Sequence record: NC_019401.1 | DNA length: 64,000 bases | Strand: one strand, 5' to 3' | Part shown: positions 35,091 to 43,872 of the stretch, piece after piece | Position numbering within the stretch: the first letter of the stretch is position 1 | Layout: every line of letters begins with the position of its first letter | Program-made: the position numbers and the translations under genes | Notes under the pieces: model-generated | What the model was told of the DNA's origin: nothing | What the model saw: the letters and a program-made list of their open reading frames with translations, nothing else | The model's database searches: none

Positions 35091-35106
35091 TTTTTTATGG
35101 TATAAT
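35079..35106 (+). promoter_or_regulatory. putative phage middle promoter GAAACR-N13-TGGTATAAT
   Basis: GAAACG 35079-35084, TGGTATAAT 35098-35106. Confidence 0.6.
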
Positions 35107-35110
35107 GTAT

Positions 35111-35138
35111 AGGACAGTATGATGTACTGTCCTTTTTT
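35111..35138 (+). terminator. intrinsic terminator or 5' hairpin
   Basis: AGGACAGTA-TGATG-TACTGTCCT plus T6. Confidence 0.75.
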
Positions 35139-35139
35139 A

Positions 35140-35800
35140 ATTGAGAAAAACTCTGAATGACCTTGAAGAACAAGGATAGTTTTGAACCTGGACTGATGAA
35201 AAGTAATCGGTCAGATGAGTAGTTCATTCAGTACGAACAGCAAAAGAAACCCGTTAGAGTACTAGCAGTCATACAAACGCGACATAAGACTACGAATCAC
35301 GGCAATGCGGCTGTATAAAGCATGACAGCACTACATAAGTTCATGCCTTGATAGACATATAGGATCGCACCTACCTAATGTATAAGGGAGTTAAATTTTG
35401 CGATTGGATTTGTACAATATAGATCCGTCTAAAATTCGTGAAATTTAACAAGTACTGAAGCTGTTCATGTGGCTTTGGTACTCAGTGTAGTAAGACTACG
35501 ACCGTTGTATAGAACCGCGATAGGGAGAAACCGGACAACCCGCTTCCGCTCTTTTAAGAAATTCGTGACATGAAACTGCTATGACTATCATCGTCAGATT
35601 TGTTCTTCCCTCCCTGTGGGGGGATGAAAATGCATCAACAAATCTCGTCAGTAATAATAGTGTTAAACATATTATAGTTAAGTGAGAACGTAAATCACCG
35701 AAGAACGAAACGTCAGTTGAGTTCAAAAGTGATTTACTGGAACATCGTTAGATGTTCCTTGTATAACGAATCAGCGATGAACTGATTCCTAAAGTGAGAT
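35140..35800 (+). ncRNA. candidate large (about 650 nt) structured RNA, class unassigned
   Basis: ORF-free gap in an otherwise gene-dense block; at least 12 hand-found stems including 14-bp 35390-35403/35436-35449 and long-range 35263-35269/35575-35581; strand assumed from G-U pairs and the upstream promoter. Confidence 0.7.
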
Positions 35801-35804
35801 GTAA

Positions 35805-36329
35805 ATGAAGATCGTGTACAAATGTAAGCATACAGGTGAAGTAAGTAGTACTGTAAATTTGGATGAGTTTGAAGGGTATTGTATTAAACTGGAAAATAAT
35901 AAGCTTAGCAAGATAACAGAGTTATTATATAGCATTGTTATTGCAAAGATTGATTATCGACCTACTAAAACTACCCTAATCCATAAAATTGAATACAATG
36001 GACACGTTGAATACAGGTACAGTAACAATAAAGTACAATCATTGTACTATGAATTTGATAATAAAAAATACGGTGAATATAAAAAATTCAGTCCTTCAGG
36101 TGAACTGACTGAAAGGAAATTCTACTTTGAGAATATAGATATTACTGATGATGTTATGAATTTTATTCAGTACAATGGTGACCCTAAAGACTTTAAAGAT
36201 TATTCTTTTAAAGAAGATGAACTGTTTAATTTGATGATGAAATATGGATATTATTTCAGGTTTTGTTACGAATCAGGAAGGGATAGCACTGAGTTTGACT
36301 TTATAACAGAGTACTGTCAAAAAATATAA
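35805..36329 (+). CDS. hypothetical protein with MORN-variant-like repeats
   Basis: YSNNKVQS..KKYGEYKKFSPSGELTERKFY. Confidence 0.7.
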   Translation: MKIVYKCKHTGEVSSTVNLDEFEGYCIKLENNKLSKITELLYSIVIAKIDYRPTKTTLIHKIEYNGHVEYRYSNNKVQSLYYEFDNKKYGEYKKFSPSGELTERKFYFENIDITDDVMNFIQYNGDPKDFKDYSFKEDELFNLMMKYGYYFRFCYESGRDSTEFDFITEYCQKI

Positions 36330-36341
36330 AAAGGAAAAATC

Positions 36342-36884
36342 ATGGAAGATAACAATATGTCCGTACACTTTAGTTCTGCATCGAATACTTGGGATACTCC
36401 CGATGACTTCTATCAGAAACTACATGCTGTATGGAACTTCACATTAGATCCTGCTGCAATGGATGAAACCGCTAAATGTGAAAAGTACTACACTCCTGAA
36501 ACTGATGGACTAGCACATTCATGGGCTGGTGAAACTGTTTGGTGCAATCCACCTTATGGTCGTGAAATCAGTAAATGGTTTAAGAAATTCGATGAAGAAT
36601 TTAAACAAAATGGAACAACAATTATTGCTCTACCACCAGCACGAACTGATACCACGTACTTCCACAAGTATGTTCGTGACTCTGCTACTGCGATATGTTT
36701 TGTTAAAGGACGTTTAAAATTTGATAACCGTAGTCTTCCATCATGGAAAGAAGATGGTTCTCATAAGAAAACTGGTGCTCCATTCCCAAGTATGATTGTC
36801 ATCTATGACAATAACATTACTCAGGAAAAGTATGAAGTACTTAATAGTCTTGGTTTCGTAGTTCAACCGTTTTTACTTGGATAA
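36342..36884 (+). CDS. dam: phage DNA N6-adenine methyltransferase (PF05869-type)
   Basis: W.TP..FTLDPAA..DGL..W.GE.VWCNPPY..PARTDT. Confidence 0.9.
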   Translation: MEDNNMSVHFSSASNTWDTPDDFYQKLHAVWNFTLDPAAMDETAKCEKYYTPETDGLAHSWAGETVWCNPPYGREISKWFKKFDEEFKQNGTTIIALPPARTDTTYFHKYVRDSATAICFVKGRLKFDNRSLPSWKEDGSHKKTGAPFPSMIVIYDNNITQEKYEVLNSLGFVVQPFLLG

Positions 36885-36887
36885 TAA

Positions 36888-37445
36888 ATGAAAAAGACTT
36901 GTATCATGGTGTACGGAAGATTTAATCCAGTACATATCGGCCACGCCAATATATTTGGTACTGGATTGACAATGAGTTATAGTATTCCGAATTCAGAATT
37001 AAAAATATTTGTCAGTACTACGCAAGATAAAGGTAATAATCCATTACCTTACGAAATAAAAGTGCAAATGATAAAAGATTATTTTCCTGCGTTTCGTCAG
37101 TATATTCAGGCGGAGCAAGGCGAAACATTATTCACTACTCTTGAAATATTGAATGCTGAGTATGATAATTTAATTCTTTTATGTGGTTCAGACCGTTTTG
37201 TACATTTTGAGTCAGTACTGAAAAAATACAACGGTACATTATATTCATTTGATAATATTGATGTTATCAACATGGGTGAGCGTGGTACAAGTCCATACAG
37301 CAGCACTGTAATGCGTGACGCAGTTAAAAGAAATGATATTGAAACCTTCAGTTATTGTCTTCCTGGTAATGACATTAAACTCAATATGGAGTATTTTGAT
37401 ATTATATCTACATATATGGGAGTAAAAAATGTTATTCAAAGTTAA
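36888..37445 (+). CDS. cytidylyltransferase-like (HIGH-motif) nucleotidyltransferase
   Basis: GRFNPVHIGH, NPL, GSDR, SST.MR motifs. Confidence 0.85.
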   Translation: MKKTCIMVYGRFNPVHIGHANIFGTGLTMSYSIPNSELKIFVSTTQDKGNNPLPYEIKVQMIKDYFPAFRQYIQAEQGETLFTTLEILNAEYDNLILLCGSDRFVHFESVLKKYNGTLYSFDNIDVINMGERGTSPYSSTVMRDAVKRNDIETFSYCLPGNDIKLNMEYFDIISTYMGVKNVIQS

Positions 37446-37710
37446 CACTATGTTTTGGGATCAGAATGAAGGTACTGGTTATCGTCATGTGTCAGTAGAA
37501 TATAATGACCGTGTTCTGCTCTCTGTAACGGCTCACAACGTGTCGGGGGCGTGGCAAGCACAGGTCATCCCAATGGGCTTTTCATTCAATCTGGATGAGA
37601 TACAGGCGTTCTCAGACATGTTCTCTGTACTGCCAGGACTGATGAAATTTTTGTGCAAAGAGAGCATGACTGTTGAAGAAATTCAAGAATATCTCTTGAC
37701 AATTCAATAA
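37429..37710 (+). CDS. hypothetical protein
   Basis: GGAG RBS. Confidence 0.7.
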   Translation: MLFKVNTMFWDQNEGTGYRHVSVEYNDRVLLSVTAHNVSGAWQAQVIPMGFSFNLDEIQAFSDMFSVLPGLMKFLCKESMTVEEIQEYLLTIQ

Positions 37711-37754
37711 AGCCTCGATAGCATCAAATTTTCAACCAAGAAGGAAATAATAAT

Positions 37755-38330
37755 ATGTCGAGTTTTTTGACTAATACCTTCGCGAAGTACTTACGCTTAG
37801 GTGTTATTCCCCGTCCAGTCCGTGGTAACTGGAAAGGTGGGGAATTTATGTACAGTTTTTATCATGACGATGTTCAATACACTATTGATGATGATGGTGA
37901 TTATGAATATTACGCTAATGTAGATTATATTCTCGAATGCCTAGAGGCACGTGATATTATCATTCAGCGTAATCATGATATTGTTCGTGCAGTTTATGAG
38001 TACTTAGTAAATGAACTTGATACTGACATTTGGGTACGTGTTGGTTCAGGAATGCAATTGAACTGTACTTTCGGTGATAGTCATGGTGAATTTGCACATC
38101 TAATGATGGATTTTGTTGATCCTGAACAGTTCGATGATGCAGTTGAAAAACTTCGTGCACTAATAACAGAGGAAACTGGATTGGAACCAGATTTTGAACC
38201 AGTAACTAACTTTGTTCTTATGGTTGTAGATAAAGAAAATATTGAGTTATTTGATAAATTCGAACATCCAAAAATCGATGTACTTAATCTTGACGATATG
38301 GATGATGATATTGATGAAGAAGACGAATAA
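37755..38330 (+). CDS. hypothetical acidic protein
   Basis: AAGG RBS; TTGACA-17-TAGCAT upstream. Confidence 0.8.
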   Translation: MSSFLTNTFAKYLRLGVIPRPVRGNWKGGEFMYSFYHDDVQYTIDDDGDYEYYANVDYILECLEARDIIIQRNHDIVRAVYEYLVNELDTDIWVRVGSGMQLNCTFGDSHGEFAHLMMDFVDPEQFDDAVEKLRALITEETGLEPDFEPVTNFVLMVVDKENIELFDKFEHPKIDVLNLDDMDDDIDEEDE

Positions 38331-38463
38331 TGATGAGCAGCACCTAGAAAGTGCTGCCAATATGATTAATAAGATCGAAGAAATACTTGCACGTATCAAC
38401 GAAAAGCTTGATTTAATGTTGAAAATTATAGAGGAACAAGATGATGAAAAGCCGAAAGAATGA
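38314..38463 (+). CDS. small coiled-coil hypothetical protein
   Basis: Start reassigned to ATG 38314. Confidence 0.5.
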   Translation: MKKTNNDEQHLESAANMINKIEEILARINEKLDLMLKIIEEQDDEKPKE

Positions 38464-38593
38464 AGACCGAGATTATCTGAAACAATTTCAGTCCAACGAA
38501 CAACTCAGTAAAGCACTTCAATTTTTAAGTACTGAAGCATCTAAACTTAAAAAATTAATTCAAGATATTGTTGAACGAGCTAAAGGCAAATAA
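38441..38593 (+). CDS. 50-aa hypothetical protein
   Basis: Not in ORF track. GAGG RBS; stop overlaps next ATG; MMKSRKNEDRDYLKQF. Confidence 0.55.
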   Translation: MMKSRKNEDRDYLKQFQSNEQLSKALQFLSTEASKLKKLIQDIVERAKGK

Positions 38594-39237
38594 TGGAAAA
38601 AACAGAATACAGTAAACTACGTACTAAAGTACTAGGAATTATTGAAGGGCTAACTCTACTTGACCCGAAATACTTTAATGTTCGTCGTGTCATTACGTAT
38701 GCAGAACAAATTCACAGCAATCAACGGCGTGATGGTAATCCTGAGTTTTCTCACCAACTGGAAATGCTTAGTCTAGCATTAGGACTACACAATTCACTGT
38801 TAGACCCATATTCTGTTTATATGGCAATTGTGACCCATGACCTTATTGAAGATTACCCTGAGTATCAGCAAGAACTTGCTCAGATGTTTCCTGATAGTGT
38901 TAAGTACAGTCGTACTTTATCTAAATTTGTTGACAGTGATTCAAGTGAAGGTAAAACTTACTACGATTACTTTGAACAAATTGCTCATTGTGCAGTATGT
39001 TCAGTTGTTAAGCTAATTGACCGTATTCACAATTTAAGTACTGCTGTTGGTGTATTCAGTATTGCTAAACTTGCTGAGTACTGCGATGAAGTAGAGAAAT
39101 ACTTCCTTGATATGATGCGTACTGCTAAAAACCAATTCAATCAACGTGAAGTTTATGAAGTACTTAAATTTATGCTTCAGACTGAAGTACGTACAATTCG
39201 TGCGTTTCTTACTATTCTAGAATCAAAAGGTTCTTAG
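38593..39237 (+). CDS. HD-domain RelA/SpoT-type small alarmone hydrolase (Mesh1/SAH-like)
   Basis: AEQIH..Q.RDG.P...H; HDLIED; VKLIDRIHNL. Confidence 0.8.
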   Translation: MEKTEYSKLRTKVLGIIEGLTLLDPKYFNVRRVITYAEQIHSNQRRDGNPEFSHQLEMLSLALGLHNSLLDPYSVYMAIVTHDLIEDYPEYQQELAQMFPDSVKYSRTLSKFVDSDSSEGKTYYDYFEQIAHCAVCSVVKLIDRIHNLSTAVGVFSIAKLAEYCDEVEKYFLDMMRTAKNQFNQREVYEVLKFMLQTEVRTIRAFLTILESKGS

Positions 39238-39238
39238 T

Positions 39239-39457
39239 ATGAATGATTTGAAAAGTTTAAAAAAGATAATGGTATGTGTTGAAGTACTGACATTACTGTT
39301 ACTATGGGTATGTGCATTCTATTTGAATGCAACTACCCAATCATTGGGAATCACAGTACTGACTAGTATCGCAATGAGTATTGGCTCGTTTGGGACGGGT
39401 TTTATATTGTATGAAATTATAAAGGAATGGAAAGCAATTGAATCTAGTAAAACATAA
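39239..39457 (+). CDS. hypothetical membrane protein
   Basis: Two hydrophobic segments. Confidence 0.7.
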   Translation: MNDLKSLKKIMVCVEVLTLLLLWVCAFYLNATTQSLGITVLTSIAMSIGSFGTGFILYEIIKEWKAIESSKT

Positions 39458-40535
39458 AAATATTCTCCTACGTAGTCTAGGGGAAGACGCAGTAAAATTA
39501 TTAAAAACCACAAATGCTATTATTGCTGGTGGAGCTATTACTTCTATTTTCACTGGTGCAGAAATTAATGACTATGACATTTATTTTCGTTCCAAGAAGG
39601 ATATAGTCACTTTTATTCGCAATACTTTTAACGAAGAAGGCGAAGAAGGTGAGCCATTCATTTTATCAGAAGAAGACTTTCTTGATGTTGGTTCTTTTGA
39701 ATTTGTATGTCTAAATCAAACATCACGTAGTATTACATATTCTCATAATGGATTGAATCTACAATTAATCCACTTTGACTATTTTGAAACTGCACATGAT
39801 ATTTTCGAAAGCTACGATTTCCATATTAATATGGCAGCTTATGATTTCAAAATAGATGATTTCGTATTGCACGATTATTTTATAACTGCTGTTGCTGCAC
39901 GTCGCCTTACCTTTAATGCGGGAACCCGTTACCCTATTATGAGTTCACTACGTGTTTCCAAGTACTTAGAACGTGGATATAATATCTCTAAAAAAGAGAT
40001 GTTTAAAATTGGTATTGCTACTGCTAATCTGAACATTGATTCATGGGATGCGTTAGAAGATCAGCTAAGTGGATTCTATGGAATTGATGTAAGTAATATG
40101 TTCGACCGTTCTAAACCTTTTAGTATTGAGCTTGCAATCGAAATGATTGATGAAGTACAGGATATGATCACACCACAACGTCCTAACTCACCAACTATTG
40201 ATCAACTTCTTTTCAACATTGTAGGTAATCCATTCAAAGAACAACGTTTATTCTTTAAACGCATAACTCTTGATAAAGATGGAACGTACTATAATTTTAT
40301 TGACCGTGATGAACGCTATACATTGAATGAATCCACGGCAGTTAAGAATTCATTATTTGACACTGATCATGAAGAACTACTATCTAAGCCAAGTTACTTT
40401 TGGGGTTATGGTTCGAACACTTCAGTACTAGGCATCTTCCTTCTCGAAGAAGAAGGCCATAAGATGACTATGGGTTATTCTGGATTAGAATTGACAGGTA
40501 ATGTCAAGCTAATTGCAGTAAGAGAAAATAATTAA
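39438..40535 (+). CDS. Pol-beta superfamily nucleotidyltransferase (CCA/poly(A) polymerase-like head)
   Basis: IAGGAITS....INDYDIYF; YDFHINMAAYD; R..KY..RGY. Confidence 0.75.
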   Translation: MNLVKHKNILLRSLGEDAVKLLKTTNAIIAGGAITSIFTGAEINDYDIYFRSKKDIVTFIRNTFNEEGEEGEPFILSEEDFLDVGSFEFVCLNQTSRSITYSHNGLNLQLIHFDYFETAHDIFESYDFHINMAAYDFKIDDFVLHDYFITAVAARRLTFNAGTRYPIMSSLRVSKYLERGYNISKKEMFKIGIATANLNIDSWDALEDQLSGFYGIDVSNMFDRSKPFSIELAIEMIDEVQDMITPQRPNSPTIDQLLFNIVGNPFKEQRLFFKRITLDKDGTYYNFIDRDERYTLNESTAVKNSLFDTDHEELLSKPSYFWGYGSNTSVLGIFLLEEEGHKMTMGYSGLELTGNVKLIAVRENN

Positions 40536-40576
40536 GGGAGAAGTAAAGCAGATTTATTCACAAGGAGTGTGGAGCG

Positions 40577-41308
40577 ATGGTAGATCGTATTAAATTTGCA
40601 ACTGAAATGGCTAACGAACTCAACATGTCAAACTTTCAAACATTAACCTCCGTTATGGCAGAATACGCGACTGCTGGGGCTGTTGATGGTGTTCAGTGTG
40701 GACAAGCCAATATGTTAGCTGATGTATTCAGTGCTGTAAACAGTACTCAGTACTCAGTAAAAACATATAAGGATGATTTCGTTGCCTTATATATGAACGG
40801 TAAAGTTCAGGAAGAAAGACGTTATACCGACCCTATAATAGAACGTAGGATTAGTGGTGTAACAAATCCAAATGGCGATCCAGTACAAGTACTGCGTGAA
40901 GTCATTGAGGATATAAAAGATAATGAGTTTAAGAGTTTACAACATTATGGTGTCAGCAATACAGAAACAGTATTAGTTGGATATTCGGAAGATGAAACTC
41001 ATTATTATTTTAGACTAACTGAAATGCCTTATGTTTATGAAGAACCTGCTATAGTAGAAGTGAAGTACTTTACTGAACGTAGCAAGAATTATAACAGACA
41101 TGATGGGAACCGTACATCTATTGTTGGTTACAATGATGAGGGTATACAAATTTACGAATGGGTACACCCAAACAATTCAACCTACACCAGATGTTTGAAA
41201 AAGCGTTATTGTTTAGAAAATGCTGATTCATTCTATTTCAAAATTGAGAAACAATCATATTCACGTCCTGATGATTCAGTACTAATGGGTATGGTACAAC
41301 TGTTCTAA
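40577..41308 (+). CDS. hypothetical protein
   Basis: GGAG RBS. Confidence 0.8.
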   Translation: MVDRIKFATEMANELNMSNFQTLTSVMAEYATAGAVDGVQCGQANMLADVFSAVNSTQYSVKTYKDDFVALYMNGKVQEERRYTDPIIERRISGVTNPNGDPVQVLREVIEDIKDNEFKSLQHYGVSNTETVLVGYSEDETHYYFRLTEMPYVYEEPAIVEVKYFTERSKNYNRHDGNRTSIVGYNDEGIQIYEWVHPNNSTYTRCLKKRYCLENADSFYFKIEKQSYSRPDDSVLMGMVQLF

Positions 41309-41312
41309 TTAT

Positions 41313-41338
41313 TTGCCCCGAAATTCGGGGCATTATTT
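41313..41338 (+). terminator. intrinsic terminator
   Basis: TGCCCCGAA-A-TTCGGGGCA then T-rich. Confidence 0.65.
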
Positions 41339-41350
41339 TAAAGGATTTTT

Positions 41351-41644
41351 ATGGCTATTAATGCACGTGGTATTAGTTCTATGAAAGTAATTGTAGAGGC
41401 CAACTACATTGAAGATGGAACTACTGTTACAAAAGTAAAAGGCACTAAAGAATATACACTACGCCGAAGCATTAAGATTTATGGTGAAAATCACCGAGAA
41501 ATTAAATGTGATGAAGATTGTGTATTCCTAGTAGATAGTACTGGAAATATTAACATGATTTCACAAGATACTGAATTAGTAGCTCATGTTCATCCAGAAG
41601 ATTTAATGTATGATATACAAGATTCTTTGGAAGAAAACAAATGA
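41351..41644 (+). CDS. hypothetical protein (paralog-like to 41641..41937)
   Basis: EA..I.DGT.V.K..G...Y.L shared. Confidence 0.75.
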   Translation: MAINARGISSMKVIVEANYIEDGTTVTKVKGTKEYTLRRSIKIYGENHREIKCDEDCVFLVDSTGNINMISQDTELVAHVHPEDLMYDIQDSLEENK

Positions 41645-41937
41645 TAAATTTGAATAACAATGACTACATCAACGTACTTATAGAAGCATATAAGATTGCT
41701 GATGGTACAATAGTCTATAAACCAATGGGTGATGTAGCTTATATTCTATGCACAGAAGAACCTACTTTTAGTTCCATAATTTATACTGATACGCGAAGAT
41801 ATGGAACGTCTAAAGGCATGGTTTATCTCAGACACAATAATGACAAGTACTATGCTTATCCGGCGAATAAAACTTTGAGAGTCCGTATTGATAAGTACGA
41901 TTTGCAACGAATAATTGACGAAAGTAGTGAATATTAA
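41641..41937 (+). CDS. hypothetical protein (paralog-like to 41351..41644)
   Basis: ATGA overlap. Confidence 0.75.
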   Translation: MINLNNNDYINVLIEAYKIADGTIVYKPMGDVAYILCTEEPTFSSIIYTDTRRYGTSKGMVYLRHNNDKYYAYPANKTLRVRIDKYDLQRIIDESSEY

Positions 41938-42000
41938 GTTGACAAAATATAAATGTGATGCTATATTTCACCTCTGTCCAATTACAAGAGAATTAAAAAC

Positions 42001-43152
42001 ATGTCTAAAACAAAAAAGATTTTTGATGACCTGATGAATCTTACTTCTGTGAATGATGCGTTCATGTGGAAAGATTTTGAAAGTACTGCTGGTGGTATTT
42101 TTCGTATTTTCTCTTATCGCCTGGCAAGTTATTCCGACTTCTTAGCACCGAGTGCATTGGAATGTCGCGGTACTATGTTTCAGGTAAGCGAAACTGGTGA
42201 ATTCATTGGTATGGCTTCACGTACACCGATGAAGTTTTTTAATGCATATGAAAATCCATTCACTATGTATGATAAAAGTACTTTAAGTTCTGAAATTGCA
42301 GTTGTGATGGATAAACTTGATGGTTCCATTATTAGTACTTTTATGGATGTTGATTATGAAGTACGCACTAAATCACATGCATCACTGAATTCAGATCATG
42401 CGAAAAATAGTACTGCAATGTTGCATAATGATCGTGATTTGTACAATGAAGTTCATTACGCAGAAAGCATGGGTTATACGGTGAATATGGAATACACTTC
42501 ACCTGAATATCGTATTGTTCTTCCGTACCAGGAAGATAATTTAACAGTACTGAATTTGCGTCATCGCATGACTGGTGAACTTTTAATTGGTCACCGTCTG
42601 AAGGGCTTTAGTCCGTTGCTTTACAGCCGTTCTGTATTTGCTAAGTACGGCGAAATTGATCCAACGTTTCCTATGAAAGAAACTTTGTATGATAGTATTG
42701 AAGCAACTCGTTCAATGCAGGATATTGAAGGTTTTGTTTTAATCCTAAAAGATGGACGTATGTGTAAGATTAAAACTGACTGGTATTGTGCACTGCACTT
42801 TACTAAAGACAGCATTAATGTTGATTCTCGCTTATATGAGGCAATCATTACTGGTGCGTCAGACGATCTTAAACAAATGTTTAGTACTGATCTGTACTCC
42901 ATCAAGAAGATTGAAAAAATGGAACAGCTTGTTTTTTCATGCTATAATAAGCTTGTACATGATAGTGAGTCGTTTTACGAAGCGAACAAACATCTTGACC
43001 GTAAAGAATATGCTTTAAAAGTTCAATCAGACGTACCTAACGAACTTGGTAAGCCTGGTATTGCGTTCAGTCTTTATAACTCTAAGCCCGTAGATTATAA
43101 AGCGATGATGTTAAAATACATGAAGGACGTTCTTGTAAACTTCGAAGTTTAA
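42001..43152 (+). CDS. rnlA: RNA ligase 1 (T4 Rnl1 family)
   Basis: IFSYRLASYSDF..ALECRG.MF; KFFN; motif I KLDGS; EG(F)VL..KIKTDWY..LH. Confidence 0.95.
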   Translation: MSKTKKIFDDLMNLTSVNDAFMWKDFESTAGGIFRIFSYRLASYSDFLAPSALECRGTMFQVSETGEFIGMASRTPMKFFNAYENPFTMYDKSTLSSEIAVVMDKLDGSIISTFMDVDYEVRTKSHASLNSDHAKNSTAMLHNDRDLYNEVHYAESMGYTVNMEYTSPEYRIVLPYQEDNLTVLNLRHRMTGELLIGHRLKGFSPLLYSRSVFAKYGEIDPTFPMKETLYDSIEATRSMQDIEGFVLILKDGRMCKIKTDWYCALHFTKDSINVDSRLYEAIITGASDDLKQMFSTDLYSIKKIEKMEQLVFSCYNKLVHDSESFYEANKHLDRKEYALKVQSDVPNELGKPGIAFSLYNSKPVDYKAMMLKYMKDVLVNFEV

Positions 43153-43178
43153 AGAATGTAATAGCCTAACAAGGAGTA

Positions 43179-43418
43179 GTGATGGCTAAACCGAAGTATA
43201 AATCGAAAAAGGGCGAAGTACGAACTCCTGAAGAACATAGAAAGATACTACAAGAAATTGACGCTTTGCAGAGTGAACGCTCAAGGAAAGGGGTTCAGAA
43301 ATCAGTAAAGCGTCTCAAAAACACTTTTGGTGTCAGCAGTACTATGTACAAGAAGGAACGTAAGCCCAAAAACAAAAAACCAAAAATTTATGATTTAGGA
43401 CGATACGCACGTGAGTAA
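43179..43418 (+). CDS. hypothetical highly basic protein
   Basis: AGGAG RBS; K/R-rich. Confidence 0.75.
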   Translation: MMAKPKYKSKKGEVRTPEEHRKILQEIDALQSERSRKGVQKSVKRLKNTFGVSSTMYKKERKPKNKKPKIYDLGRYARE

Positions 43419-43635
43419 TTTAGTTACAATAACGACCGTTAAAGTACTATATAAAAATCATGAATTTTCCCTAATCCCTAAAGGAGTTGTACCATTCAAT
43501 AAACTAATTGAAATGGTAAGATATGTAAAAGAAATTGGCGACATTGCTTTTATCGTTGATGGTGATATGTACTTCGACGAAGGTGCATTCTTTAATCTAA
43601 CGATGAAGTACTGTAATGAGTACGTTATAATCTAA
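43411..43635 (+). CDS. hypothetical protein
   Basis: GTG start overlapping upstream gene. Confidence 0.6.
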   Translation: MSNLVTITTVKVLYKNHEFSLIPKGVVPFNKLIEMVRYVKEIGDIAFIVDGDMYFDEGAFFNLTMKYCNEYVII

Positions 43636-43647
43636 TCGGAGAATCCC

Positions 43648-43872
43648 ATGAAAGTAGAAATGCAACACAGCATAGTGCAAGATATGACAGTAATTAAATT
43701 TATTTCTTTAAAAGATTACTTCCGAGCACTTGACTTTTTGGATTCGAGTGGGTTAGAATGGACGCCACTAAAATATAGTTCTAAAAATGATACTGCAAGT
43801 ATTCGTTTATCAGAGAACGTTTTGAAAATTTTTAGCAATAAATTTGGGATAGGAAAATCATGCCAGTATTGA
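43648..43872 (+). CDS. hypothetical protein
   Basis: GGAG RBS. Confidence 0.7.
   Translation: MKVEMQHSIVQDMTVIKFISLKDYFRALDFLDSSGLEWTPLKYSSKNDTASIRLSENVLKIFSNKFGIGKSCQY

Noticed and set aside
35191-35250. Hammerhead ribozyme (CTGATGA...GAAAC)
   Set aside because: CTGAT is tied up in a local hairpin and no stem II/III geometry closes the core
35285-35500. Group I intron (AGACTAC twice), group II intron, tmRNA or RNase P for the large RNA
   Set aside because: No matching S element or interrupted gene, no domain V, no tRNA-like ends, no P4 signature found by eye
35496-35726. 76-aa minus-strand ORF
   Set aside because: No RBS, atypical composition, opposite to all neighbours; better explained as structured RNA
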